The notes beneath the pieces were generated by a model that saw only the letters and a program-made list of their open reading frames with translations, had not been told where the DNA came from and searched no databases. From a candidate division WWE3 bacterium RIFCSPHIGHO2_01_FULL_40_23 (GTDB lineage Bacteria; Patescibacteriota; WWE3; UBA101185; 2-01-FULL-41-18): DNA of 64,000 bases. The stretch spans positions 350,433-414,432 of the forward strand of contig MEUZ01000003.1 in NCBI GenBank assembly GCA_001772615.1, in the 5' to 3' direction. Below, piece after piece: positions 1-9,648 of this stretch. Position numbers and translations under genes: made by a program. Numbering within the stretch: the stretch's first letter is position 1; each line of letters starts with the position of its first letter.

Positions 1-2040
1 GGCCGCCCTTGCATATCCAATGGAAAGCTTTCTCTGAAGTAAAGAAGCGGATGCCCGATCACTTGCGGAAACTATCTTCACAGCCTCTTCAAAAAGCTCA
101 TCCGAAGACTCCATAATACTATTTTTCGGCGCAACAGGCTTTACCACCTCCTCTTTATATTCAGGCCTTACTCCGCTGCCCTTCAAAAAGGTTACAAGGT
201 TATTTATTTCTTTATCGGATATAAACACGCCCTGGATTCTAACCGGTTTTGAAGTTTCGGGAGGGACATAAAGCATATCTCCTTTTCCAAGAAGCTTCTC
301 GGATCCTATCGTGTCTATGATTATCCTTGATTCAATCTGGCTTGCAACGGAAAAAGCTACTCTTGTTGGTATATTTGCTTTTATAAGTCCAGTAATGACA
401 TCAACCCTAGGGCTTTGAGTGGATAAAATAAGATGAACTCCTGTTGCTCTTGATAATTGTGCCAGTCTGCATATAGCTTTTTCCATTTCACCCGGAGCAA
501 GAGCCATAAGCTCTGCAAGCTCATCAACAATTATCACAATGTAAGGAAGCGCCTGAAAACCCGACAGCTCGTTATATGCCGAAATGTTTCTCACTTTGGC
601 GTTTTCAAAAAGTTTATACCTTCTTTCCATTTCCGAAACTGCCCATTTAAATGCCATCGGAGCTTTTTCAACATCCGTAATTACGGGAACAAGAAGATGG
701 GGGATATCATTGTAATTAACGAGCTCAACCCTCTTTGGATCAACCAGTATAAACTTGCACTCCGCGGGAGAACATCTGTAAAGAAGTGAGAACAAAATTG
801 AATGAAGAAACACTGACTTTCCTGAACCTGTACTACCCGCGATAAGAATATGGGGCATTTTAGAAATATCCGCGATGCAGGGCTGGCCGGCAACATTATG
901 CCCAAGCGTAATCGTAAGTTTTGATTTTGAAGCCTTCATAATATCCGAAGTGACCATGCCCTTAAATGAAACAATGGCGGTTGAGAAGTTTGGGACCTCA
1001 ATACCTATTAAAGACTTTCCGGGGATGGGGGCTTCTATTCTTACAGAACCCGTGGGAGAAGCCAAAGCCAAGGCTATATCATTTTGAAGATTGGTTACTT
1101 TTGCAATTTTGGTAACGGATGTAATTTCAAGCGCATATTGGGTGACTGCTGGACCAAAGTTAGTTTCTGCAACCCTTGTTTTTATACCAAAAGACGCAAG
1201 AGTCTTTTCTATTACCTGCTTTCTTGCATTAACATCGCCCCTATCTGCGGCCATAGATGAGGGCTCCGAAAGAAGCTCAATGGGCGGATACTCCCACACC
1301 TTATCAGTATAAGGAAGGTTTTGGGGAGAAGATCTTCTCCCATTGAAAGAGCCCCCGTCTCTAACATCAAGAGGCTCTGAAGCGCTTGGTATAACTTCCA
1401 GAAAAGGCCCCTTGCGTTTAGGCCTTTCATAAACTTCCCCATTTGAATCCTCATCCTCACTTGAACTATTTCCGATATTTGCACCGCGGGGAAAAACAGA
1501 GGATGACTCTTTCTGAAAGGAGGGTAAAAAACTAAATTTGGTCTTAAAGTTATCTTTGGTTTTTGAAAGAAACCCAAACATCTGCTCAAATGAAACATCA
1601 AATACCAAAACCGCTGAAATAAGAAGAGCGCACAAAAGAAGCAGAACACCCCCGAAAATTGTTACGCTTCCCCTTAGCATTTCGGACACATTCAGTCCCA
1701 CAAAACCCCCCGCCTCTTCCGAGAAAAAGATGGACGAAAGTGAAGAAATAGCAAGAGTAGCAATAAGAAGCCCAAATAAAACCCTGAAGTCAACAAACTT
1801 CCATTTTAAAAACCTAAACAAAAGAAGCGATATCAGAATAAAAATAAATGGGAGGAAAATGGATCCGTACCCCAAAACCGAAAGCTGGATATCATGAACA
1901 ATTGATAAAAGACTGCCGTTATCGGTAACTAGGGAAATAAGGCTTAAACCCGAAGCAGCCAGAAAAATAACACCCAAGACCGATTTCAGGCTGTCACTTT
2001 TTATCTTAAATTTAAGGGATTTCTTGCGTCCTCTAGGCAT
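1..2040 (-). CDS. ftsK: DNA translocase FtsK/SpoIIIE (3' end beyond window start)
   Basis: Manual minus-strand translation from ATG 2040 (MPRGRKK...): N-terminal TM region, MPHILIAGSTGSGKS Walker A, gamma-domain ASASLLQRKLSIGYARAA at the window edge, all in one frame. Absent from the ORF track because there is no stop in the window. Confidence 0.95.
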   Translation of the reverse strand, partial: MPRGRKKSLKFKIKSDSLKSVLGVIFLAASGLSLISLVTDNGSLLSIVHDIQLSVLGYGSIFLPFIFILISLLLFRFLKWKFVDFRVLFGLLIATLAISSLSSIFFSEEAGGFVGLNVSEMLRGSVTIFGGVLLLLCALLISAVLVFDVSFEQMFGFLSKTKDNFKTKFSFLPSFQKESSSVFPRGANIGNSSSEDEDSNGEVYERPKRKGPFLEVIPSASEPLDVRDGGSFNGRRSSPQNLPYTDKVWEYPPIELLSEPSSMAADRGDVNARKQVIEKTLASFGIKTRVAETNFGPAVTQYALEITSVTKIAKVTNLQNDIALALASPTGSVRIEAPIPGKSLIGIEVPNFSTAIVSFKGMVTSDIMKASKSKLTITLGHNVAGQPCIADISKMPHILIAGSTGSGKSVFLHSILFSLLYRCSPAECKFILVDPKRVELVNYNDIPHLLVPVITDVEKAPMAFKWAVSEMERRYKLFENAKVRNISAYNELSGFQALPYIVIIVDELAELMALAPGEMEKAICRLAQLSRATGVHLILSTQSPRVDVITGLIKANIPTRVAFSVASQIESRIIIDTIGSEKLLGKGDMLYVPPETSKPVRIQGVFISDKEINNLVTFLKGSGVRPEYKEEVVKPVAPKNSIMESSDELFEEAVKIVSASDRASASLLQRKLSIGYARAA

Positions 2041-2150
2041 TAGCCCTATATTATCAAAAACACTCCAAATTGTCTTGTGGTGTCTGTTGATTACTGCGTC
2101 AAAAATGTCATTTCCGATTTTGTTAAAATGACTCAAAGATATTTAGTAAG

Positions 2151-3878
2151 ATGAAGATAAACAAATCGCAGAAAAAATTCATTAAGGCAAACTATAAATA
2201 CCTAACCGCAAAAGAGCCCGCGGAAAAAACGGGGTTAACGGAAAAAGAAATAAATGACCACTTTAAAAAGGAAGGCATGAGGGAAAAGCTGGCTGCTTTA
2301 GACGTAGGAAATATTTTCAAACCAACCTCAATTTCAGAAATCAGGGACTTCTTAATTGAAAACTTCGGTACGATTCTGCTTCTTACCATCACAACTTTTC
2401 TGGTCTTTGCAAACTCGCTTTTAGGGCAGTTTGTATCCGATGATATCGGAGGGTACAGAGACCATCCTTCAGTCAGAGAGCCAATACTTTCACCAAACAA
2501 CTTTTACTCACAAATGATTTTTTACAGAATAATGTTTCGGATTTTTAATCTTGACCCTGTACCTCTTCACTTATCGTCGCTTCTTATACATATTGCTGCT
2601 GTAATCCTTACTTTTATCCTCATTTCAGCTATATTCGGAAAGAGGATCGGGGTAATTTCATCGCTTCTTTTTGCTACCCACCCCGTCAACTCGGAGGCCG
2701 TTGCATGGATTTCATCCCTCAACTACCTTATAAACGGAGCCGTGTTTGGTATAACCTCCCTTCTTTACATACTCTATAGAAATTCGCTTAATAAAAAATA
2801 TCTCCTTTTCTCGCTTGGTTTCTTTTCTTTTTCGGTTTTTTTCACAACAATCCCATGGATTATAACTATCCCGCCTCTCCTTCTTATAATTGATCAATTT
2901 TTCCTTGAAAAAAAGTTTTCTTTTAAAAAAGTTCTTACTATTTCTTTATTTGTTATTCCCATAGCACTCTTTTGGGTATTAAAGGCAGGGTGGATAAGCG
3001 ACAGGGTAATACAAGTTAAGAGCTCCAGAGAGAATCCTTACTCAAACACTCCTTATATAGCAGGCGCCGCATATACGGTAGAAAAAAGCCTTGAACTTCT
3101 TGTATTCCCCAGGGACCTCACCCTTTACCATGAAGGCGAAATAATAGAAAAAACCTACCTTTACTTTATGTACTTTGTAACCGGATCCTTGCTTTTCTTA
3201 TCTGTAATTTTGGTGAGGAAAGGAAGAAAAGTGTCGGGGTTGATCTTATTTTTCATTGTTTCTTTAGGACCGGCCTTAAGCCCGATTCACGTAGCATGGT
3301 ACGCTGCCGAAAGATATATTTACATTGGCTCAATTGCATTCACAGCTCTTTTGGCAATGATATTTCTAAAACTTGAGGAAATTTCCGGAAGGAGAAACAC
3401 GGCGCTGATCCTTACAGGAATACTTGTTTTTGCTTACTCTGTTAGAACTATTATGAGAAACGCTGAATGGCAGACCCCGAAAAAACTTTGGCTTGCAACT
3501 GACAGAGTTTCCCCAAGAAGCCCCAAAGTGCATAACAATCTTGGAGATATTTATTCGCAGGAAGGAAACTTGCAAAAATCCGCCGAAGAATTCTCAAAAG
3601 CAATTTTACTTTCTCCCGAATACACAGATGCCATCCATAACCTTGGGGTAACCTATATCAAAGCCCAAAGATATGACCTTGCAAAACAGGCGCTTTTAAG
3701 AGTTGTTCAAATTGACCCGTACATGGCTCCCGCCTGGGTTAAACTTGGGGCGCTAGAATTCGGAGAAGGAAATAACGACAAGGCAATAGAGTATTTTGAG
3801 AACGCTCTTAAAGCAGATCCGAATAACCAGGACGCTAAAAAACTTCTGGAGAGAATCTTAACTCCTAAACTTCAATGA
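2151..3878 (+). CDS. Multi-pass GT-C-like membrane protein with C-terminal TPR repeats (TMTC-like putative protein glycosyltransferase)
   Basis: FVSDD loop motif, LFATHPVNSEAVAWIS, AERYIY, RNAEW, then TPR repeats (HNNLG..., HNLG...). Confidence 0.75.
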   Translation: MKINKSQKKFIKANYKYLTAKEPAEKTGLTEKEINDHFKKEGMREKLAALDVGNIFKPTSISEIRDFLIENFGTILLLTITTFLVFANSLLGQFVSDDIGGYRDHPSVREPILSPNNFYSQMIFYRIMFRIFNLDPVPLHLSSLLIHIAAVILTFILISAIFGKRIGVISSLLFATHPVNSEAVAWISSLNYLINGAVFGITSLLYILYRNSLNKKYLLFSLGFFSFSVFFTTIPWIITIPPLLLIIDQFFLEKKFSFKKVLTISLFVIPIALFWVLKAGWISDRVIQVKSSRENPYSNTPYIAGAAYTVEKSLELLVFPRDLTLYHEGEIIEKTYLYFMYFVTGSLLFLSVILVRKGRKVSGLILFFIVSLGPALSPIHVAWYAAERYIYIGSIAFTALLAMIFLKLEEISGRRNTALILTGILVFAYSVRTIMRNAEWQTPKKLWLATDRVSPRSPKVHNNLGDIYSQEGNLQKSAEEFSKAILLSPEYTDAIHNLGVTYIKAQRYDLAKQALLRVVQIDPYMAPAWVKLGALEFGEGNNDKAIEYFENALKADPNNQDAKKLLERILTPKLQ

Positions 3879-5577
3879 TGCTGACAAGGACCAAAGGCTC
3901 TCTTCCCGTCTTTTTATATAAAAACCTTGAAAGGGCTTTTTCAAGGTTTGATCTGAAAAGCCCCTTGTTCCCATAATCTTTTTTATTCTGACTAAACGCA
4001 TTTCTTACAACATTTGAGGCATCACTGATAAGACTTTGGGATTCTTTCACATAAATAAAGCCTCTTGTTAATATATCAACCGCATTTATCTCCTTATCTT
4101 TTTTAACAGTCACTACTGCCGCCATAATCCCATTTGTTGAAAGGACATTTCTGTCTTCAATAACTTTTTCACCCACATCCCCAACAAGTCTCCCGTCAAC
4201 ATATACATTGGATAAACTTAACCTTTCTCCCTTTTTAGAAGTCCCTCCTGAAAGTAAAATAGAATCCCCTTCAAGAAGCTCAAAGATATTTTCCTTTTTT
4301 ACCCCCATATCCGAAATCATATTTGCATAAGCCCTCATATGCCTTACTGTACCTCCTATTGGCATATAATATTTAGGTTTGCATAAAGCGGCCATTAGTT
4401 TAAGATCACCCTTTAAGCCATGTCCTGAAACGTGCAAATTTCCCTGAATTTCAGATTCAATTACAACCGCTCCATTTAAGATTAATCTGTCTATGAGAGT
4501 TTCCACATCATCTCTGACTCCGGGAGGGTTCGGGTCGGCCGAGAAAACAACATAAGCTCCGTCTAAAAGCTCAATATCCTTATGCTCTCCACGTGAAATT
4601 CTGCCAATTGCCGACTCCGGCTGGCCGTAAGCGCCCGCCACAATATACATAAGTTCAGATTGATTAAATCTTCTGCTTTTTTCTTTGGGGATAAAGGTAT
4701 CCTGGGGAAAGTTAAGATACCCAAGTTTTATTGCAACCTCAACAACCTGGTCAATAGCCCGACCGGAAAAAACCACCTTTCTTCCATGCTTTACCGCGCT
4801 TGAAATAGCCTGCTCAAGCCTTGAGACGTTTGAAGAGACTGTAGTCACAAAAAACTGCTTGCCGTGAGCCGCTTCAAGTAAGGAATCAAAGGAGTCTTCT
4901 ATTGTCTTTTCACTTCTTGCATACCCTTCGGTTGTTGCACCCAAACAGTCGGATAAGAGAAGGGTAACCCCGTTTTGACAAAGCCTTGACACTTTTGCTA
5001 CGTCAAAAGGTTTATCCAAGACAGGTGTCCAGTCAAACTTGTAGTCGGCGCAATGAATTACCATTCCCTGCGGGGTATCAATTGAAATACCGCATGAGTC
5101 TGGAACCGAGTGGTTAACCCTGAAATAATCTACTTTAAAAGGACCAACAGCAACCGGACCTCCTTCAGGATCAACCATCCTTAAACTTGTTCCCGAAAGC
5201 ATATCTTTTTCTTTTAACTTTACCTGTATCAAACCCTGAACAAGCCTTGTCGCGAAAACTGGCATTTTAAGGTCTTTTAAAACAAAAGGTATAGCCCCAA
5301 TATGATCGTCATGCCCATGTGTTACAAATAAAGCTTTAACCTTATGGGAATTTTCAAGTAAGTAGGTAATATCAGGAAGAACGACATCAACCCCAAGCAT
5401 TTCAGCATCAGGAAACCCAATCCCGCAGTCAACGATAATTATGTCGTCACCGTATTCATAAACAGTCATGTTTTTGGTGACGCCCGTTGTCCCGCCAAGA
5501 GTTAAAATTTTTAACGGCAGCTTACCCGAGGTGTTTTGTGAAAACTTCTCCCCTTCCTGCAAAAACTTAAATTTCAT
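3865..5577 (-). CDS. rnj: Ribonuclease J
   Basis: LGG..GVTKNM, THGHDDHIG metallo-beta-lactamase motif, NHSVPD, HVSGH. Confidence 0.93.
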   Translation of the reverse strand: MKFKFLQEGEKFSQNTSGKLPLKILTLGGTTGVTKNMTVYEYGDDIIIVDCGIGFPDAEMLGVDVVLPDITYLLENSHKVKALFVTHGHDDHIGAIPFVLKDLKMPVFATRLVQGLIQVKLKEKDMLSGTSLRMVDPEGGPVAVGPFKVDYFRVNHSVPDSCGISIDTPQGMVIHCADYKFDWTPVLDKPFDVAKVSRLCQNGVTLLLSDCLGATTEGYARSEKTIEDSFDSLLEAAHGKQFFVTTVSSNVSRLEQAISSAVKHGRKVVFSGRAIDQVVEVAIKLGYLNFPQDTFIPKEKSRRFNQSELMYIVAGAYGQPESAIGRISRGEHKDIELLDGAYVVFSADPNPPGVRDDVETLIDRLILNGAVVIESEIQGNLHVSGHGLKGDLKLMAALCKPKYYMPIGGTVRHMRAYANMISDMGVKKENIFELLEGDSILLSGGTSKKGERLSLSNVYVDGRLVGDVGEKVIEDRNVLSTNGIMAAVVTVKKDKEINAVDILTRGFIYVKESQSLISDASNVVRNAFSQNKKDYGNKGLFRSNLEKALSRFLYKKTGREPLVLVSIIEV

Positions 5578-5592
5578 AAAAGTAGGTTCATT

Positions 5593-6210
5593 TTAAATTA
5601 GGCTCATCTGCTTGTCATCTTTCTTTTTTATCCCTTTGTCTTCAAAATCTTTAAGGCCCATTATCATCACTTCCTTTATTTTCTTAAACTCCGTTCTTAG
5701 AATCTTCTCAACTGCGGGGTTTCGCAAAGCAGCGGCCGGGTGATATAAAGGAAAAATTATTTTATTTCCCACTTTTTTTGGGACCCCGTGGTCTTTAGAT
5801 ATTTTCCCATCCTTGTCAAAAAACTCAAGGGCAAACCTCCCAAGCGGCACAACCACTTTTGGACTGATTGCTCTAAGTTGTGAGTCAAGGTAAGGCGAGC
5901 AAGCCCTGACCTCATCAACCATAGGATCCCTATTTTCTGGAGGTCTATGTTTGATTATGTTTCCAATCCACACATCTTCTCTTTTTAAGCCGATGCTTCT
6001 TAACATTTCCTCAAGCATTTTACCCGCCCTTCCGACAAAAGGTCTTCCCTGCTGATCTTCATTGTATCCAGGAGCCTCGCCTATAAAGGCAATCTGTGAG
6101 TTAGGGTTTCCTTCACCTGGAACGGCGCGAGTAGCTGATTTACATAGTCTGCATTTTTTGCAGGAAACAACAGCTTTTTCAATTTGCCTTAAAACATCTA
6201 CTTTATTCAT
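5593..6210 (-). CDS. udg: Uracil-DNA glycosylase family 4
   Basis: CxxC, GEAPG, PFVGRAG, RPPENRDP, YHPAAALR. Confidence 0.93.
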   Translation of the reverse strand: MNKVDVLRQIEKAVVSCKKCRLCKSATRAVPGEGNPNSQIAFIGEAPGYNEDQQGRPFVGRAGKMLEEMLRSIGLKREDVWIGNIIKHRPPENRDPMVDEVRACSPYLDSQLRAISPKVVVPLGRFALEFFDKDGKISKDHGVPKKVGNKIIFPLYHPAAALRNPAVEKILRTEFKKIKEVMIMGLKDFEDKGIKKKDDKQMSLI

Positions 6211-6297
6211 GAATTTAAGTTAAAGTGTATCATAAGCCATCATTTGAGCGTTGGCTAAGATTAATATAGTATGGGTAAAAACAGAAAGGAGACGGAC

Positions 6298-6564
6298 ATG
6301 AACACCACTTACATATGTTTGTCATCAACTGTAATTGGGATCATCTCGTTTGTGATCTTCAGCTATGGATTCGCAAAACACATGCAGGAAAAAATAGCTG
6401 GCGACCCCGATCTAAGCGATAGCGAAAGAGAGGAATCACTAACTTTCCTAAGAAAGTGGAAATTTGCGGCCCCCATTGGTCTTCTACTCTTTATGGGTGT
6501 GTTTGCATACGGAACATTGTTTGAACCCCCAGAGGCACCGCACCAGCATAAGAAAGGAGTTTAG
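6298..6564 (+). CDS. Small orphan 2-TM membrane protein (cassette-like)
   Basis: GAAAGGAG SD shortly before ATG 6298; two hydrophobic segments. Confidence 0.65.
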   Translation: MNTTYICLSSTVIGIISFVIFSYGFAKHMQEKIAGDPDLSDSEREESLTFLRKWKFAAPIGLLLFMGVFAYGTLFEPPEAPHQHKKGV

Positions 6565-6565
6565 C

Positions 6566-6853
6566 ATGGCTGCCTGGTGGAACGAACTTTCTGCCATGAC
6601 AAGGGGGGCCATCATTACGGGGAGCATTATCTCCTACATTCTGATGGCCGTTCTGTATTTTCTCCTCTGGCTTGGTGGGGTGCTCGCCGAAGCGGAGAGG
6701 ACAGGGGGCGATACACATGAACCGATGCTCACCTACACTGAAGCTTTCCTGGCCGTAGTTTGCTTTATTCTTGCTCCGGTGGCGGTGTGGCCTCTCTTGC
6801 TCTACTCCCTCTACGTGATTTGGAAAGACGCAAGAAAAATAACCAAAGCTTGA
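6566..6853 (+). CDS. Small orphan 2-TM membrane protein (cassette-like)
   Basis: GAAAGGAG SD before ATG 6566 (MAAWWNEL...); two TM segments; terminator follows. Confidence 0.7.
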   Translation: MAAWWNELSAMTRGAIITGSIISYILMAVLYFLLWLGGVLAEAERTGGDTHEPMLTYTEAFLAVVCFILAPVAVWPLLLYSLYVIWKDARKITKA

Positions 6854-6857
6854 CCTC

Positions 6858-6889
6858 AAACCCGCCAGTCTGACACCCGGCGGGTTTTT
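6858..6889 (+). terminator. Intrinsic terminator
   Basis: aaaCCCGCC...GGCGGG-TTTTT. Confidence 0.8.
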
Positions 6890-6970
6890 CAAATACAAAT
6901 GAAGGCATGCTTACTTTCGTACTGGAAGAAGAGGTTTAACTTCCACAGGTCTGTTGCTAAAATAATCCTT

Positions 6971-8122
6971 ATGGAAAGCTATACTGCCATAGTTGTAGGA
7001 GGGGGTCCATCAGGTCTTGAATGCGCGCGGGAACTTAGCAAGCTCGGGCACAAAGTTCTGGTTTTAGAAAGATCAAAAATACCTGGAGAGCCAAACTTCT
7101 CTACGGGGGGAACACCTTTAGAAACGATTAATGAATACAACATTCCACTAAGCGTAACAAAAGATTATTTCAATAAAATTTCCCTAATAACTAATATTGA
7201 GAAGGCTGTTTTTACAAATGATTTTCCCGCAGGGTATGTTCTTGATTTCAGAGAGTTTAAAAAGCATCTTGCCGATGAAATTAGAAAAGGTCATGGATGG
7301 ACTGTTTATGGGTCTGACATCACAAATGTAAAGTTTGAAAGAGGCAAGATCAAAAGCCTTTCATTCGTGGTGGACGGACATCAAAAAGAGGTGTCCGCAA
7401 AGTACTTTATTGACGCAACGGCTAAGGAAGGAGCTTTAGTTTCAAAACTTGGATTAAGAAATCATAAAAACCATAAAACTACAACCGGCATTGAATACAT
7501 TGTTAAAGTTAAACTAGACGATTTTTACAAAAACAACCTCTGTATCTTTCTGGGGGGAAAGTACCTTCCCGACGGTTACGCCTGGGTTTTCCCTTTCGGG
7601 ACTGATACTTATAAAATTGGCGTGATTGTGTATGACGGGAAGGAAAGCGACTTTCAAAAACCTGAAGGGGGATACCTTGACTCTTTTTTACAATCAATTT
7701 CGAAGAATGGATTTGAGATACTTGAAAAACATGGAGGAACGCTTATTTTAACAAACGGTTTTAAGAGAAACGTTTGGGGAAACATAATATCTGTCGGCGA
7801 TAACGCGGGTATGTGCAATCCGTTATTCGCCGAAGGGATCAGGCACGCGCTTTTCAGCGGGAGATTAGCCGCAAGAATCATAGATAAAACGGAAAGGGGA
7901 AATTTAGAAATCAACCACCTGCTTAATTACGATGCACAACTAAATAAATACAAAGGAAGCTCATGGGGTATAGGCAGGTTCTTTGCAGACCTCCTATATC
8001 ACACTAAAAACGACAAGCTAAAGGACCTCCTGACAAAAAGGGTTTCCAAGCTTTCATGTAATGACGTGATAGACACCGGCTTTGAATACAATTTCTCCTC
8101 ACTCCTTAAACTCCTCAAATAA
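6971..8122 (+). CDS. Geranylgeranyl reductase-family FAD-dependent oxidoreductase
   Basis: VVGGGPSG FAD motif, IDAT, GYAWVFP, VGDNAGMCNPLFAEGIRHA; ATG 6971 is 7 nt after TGcTAAAAT. Confidence 0.85.
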   Translation: MESYTAIVVGGGPSGLECARELSKLGHKVLVLERSKIPGEPNFSTGGTPLETINEYNIPLSVTKDYFNKISLITNIEKAVFTNDFPAGYVLDFREFKKHLADEIRKGHGWTVYGSDITNVKFERGKIKSLSFVVDGHQKEVSAKYFIDATAKEGALVSKLGLRNHKNHKTTTGIEYIVKVKLDDFYKNNLCIFLGGKYLPDGYAWVFPFGTDTYKIGVIVYDGKESDFQKPEGGYLDSFLQSISKNGFEILEKHGGTLILTNGFKRNVWGNIISVGDNAGMCNPLFAEGIRHALFSGRLAARIIDKTERGNLEINHLLNYDAQLNKYKGSSWGIGRFFADLLYHTKNDKLKDLLTKRVSKLSCNDVIDTGFEYNFSSLLKLLK

Positions 8123-8152
8123 AAACCGCCCCTTGAGAAACCAAAGAGCGGT
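8121..8152 (-). terminator. Intrinsic terminator of the radical SAM gene
   Basis: Minus strand ACCGCTCTTTG-loop-CAAGGGGCGGT-TTTT with G-U pairs. Confidence 0.7.
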
Positions 8153-8160
8153 CATAGACC

Positions 8161-9165
8161 TTACACAATCATGCTAGCAACACTTTCGAGTGTGCCATCC
8201 GGAAGCGTAAGAGCCTGAATAAACTTTCCTGCAAGCGGTAGGCGTGAAGCTGCAATCTGATGAAAAGGATCAATCAGGCTGTTGACCACACAACCACAAT
8301 GGGAGCAGTCCGCTTCAGGGCCAAAGATACACTGCCCCTTGGGCTTCCCGTGAAAGTCGTAGGATATAACCCTGTTGGCGATTGCACACATTGCAGGCGA
8401 ATACGTAGCAGTATGATCCGGATGCAAAGTGCCAATTTGCGCTTCACTCATATTGATCCTCGCACCCATCTGCCGAAGCTTGAGGAGAAGCTCCACAAAG
8501 TCTGCTCTTTGCGCATCGGTCGGAGCCCAATCGGGAAGGCTTTCCCCAATGGGAGGTGTGGCGGTACTAAATACCATCCCATCAATCCCAGGGAAACCAT
8601 CCAGCTGCCAAATCAACCTTTCCATCTCTCCCGCGTTGGCGCTCATAAGCACCGTGTGGCTGAAGACTGGGAAAACATGGCCTAAAGCACTAGCTTTCTC
8701 ACGCCCTAAAAGTATTTGGCGTCTTGCCCTATCAGCCAAACCTGGAACGCCCCTCAAACGGTTATGCATCTCATCAGGCCCATCAATACTCACAACGTAG
8801 GTCACGGGAGATTGCCTTCCATTCTTTACGAAAGTTCCCATCTCGTAGAAGAAGGTTGTAATAATCCATGTGATCGGCGTGATCCCGACAACATGATGAA
8901 GCTCTTTCCTTCGCGCTCCAGGTTCACCTCCTACTATGGTCAGGTGAACCGCCCCTGCTTTAACTGCATCCGAGATAATCTTTACCCAACCCTCAATGGG
9001 GAGCCCGTGAGGGCCCGATTTAATCACCGGCACGTAGCAATCAGGGCATTCCATAGGGCAAACCTGGGTTATCTCAACCGATAAGCCCATGTACCCATTA
9101 GCCCCAAGTCTTGAAACCGGAGTAGCCAGCCTTGCCAAAGTCATAAAGTTATGCCAGCTTGACAT
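8161..9165 (-). CDS. Radical SAM protein with C-terminal Cys-rich (SPASM/twitch-like) domain
   Basis: CPMECPDC (CxxxCxxC), GGEP, VSIDG..MHNRLRG, C-terminal C...CIFG...DCSHCGC; GAAAGGAG SD. Confidence 0.85.
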   Translation of the reverse strand: MSSWHNFMTLARLATPVSRLGANGYMGLSVEITQVCPMECPDCYVPVIKSGPHGLPIEGWVKIISDAVKAGAVHLTIVGGEPGARRKELHHVVGITPITWIITTFFYEMGTFVKNGRQSPVTYVVSIDGPDEMHNRLRGVPGLADRARRQILLGREKASALGHVFPVFSHTVLMSANAGEMERLIWQLDGFPGIDGMVFSTATPPIGESLPDWAPTDAQRADFVELLLKLRQMGARINMSEAQIGTLHPDHTATYSPAMCAIANRVISYDFHGKPKGQCIFGPEADCSHCGCVVNSLIDPFHQIAASRLPLAGKFIQALTLPDGTLESVASMIV

Positions 9166-9306
9166 CTTCACTCTCCTTTCGCATTTTGGTTTTGGCTAAT
9201 GTTACTATAAATTATCACAATTACAAACTTTGTATAATCACTCGTGAGTTTAATTTAAGGATAATAACAAACCTGATATAATAAGGCTTAGAAAGGAGTG
9301 ACACCC

Positions 9307-9567
9307 GTGGAGATAAACGCACTAACAATTGGTGCAGCTTATGTTGTTATAAACTACATTGTTGTGGGGATAGTCGTCGGTAGCTTACTTTACGAACTCA
9401 TGAAAGAAGTTCGCAAGAAGAAAGCATATAGTGGGGTGGACTGGAGAACACATGCGCCCAGCCGGTGGGAAATGCCAGCTCTTATCACGGCTTTTGCACT
9501 TTCCCCAATTTCATTACCTGCTTCTTTCCTCCTGCTCCTGTTCCTTCTGGAATATGCACCGGGGTAG
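9307..9567 (+). CDS. Small orphan 2-TM membrane protein (cassette-like)
   Basis: GAAAGGAG SD, GTG start, TATAAT upstream, terminator downstream. Confidence 0.65.
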   Translation: MEINALTIGAAYVVINYIVVGIVVGSLLYELMKEVRKKKAYSGVDWRTHAPSRWEMPALITAFALSPISLPASFLLLLFLLEYAPG

Positions 9568-9583
9568 CAGGAACGCGAGAGTT

Positions 9584-9626
9584 AAAACAGCCCCTAAAAT
9601 CAGGTGAACCAAGAGGGCTGTTTTTT
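9584..9626 (+). terminator. Intrinsic terminator
   Basis: AAAACAGCCC...GGGCTGTTTTTT. Confidence 0.7.
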
Positions 9627-9648
9627 ATTCTTCTGTTAAAATGCCTGT

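Noticed and set aside
457-1897. ORF-track entries over the first 2 kb
   Set aside because: Shadow ORFs of ftsK, which occupies 1-2040 on the minus strand.
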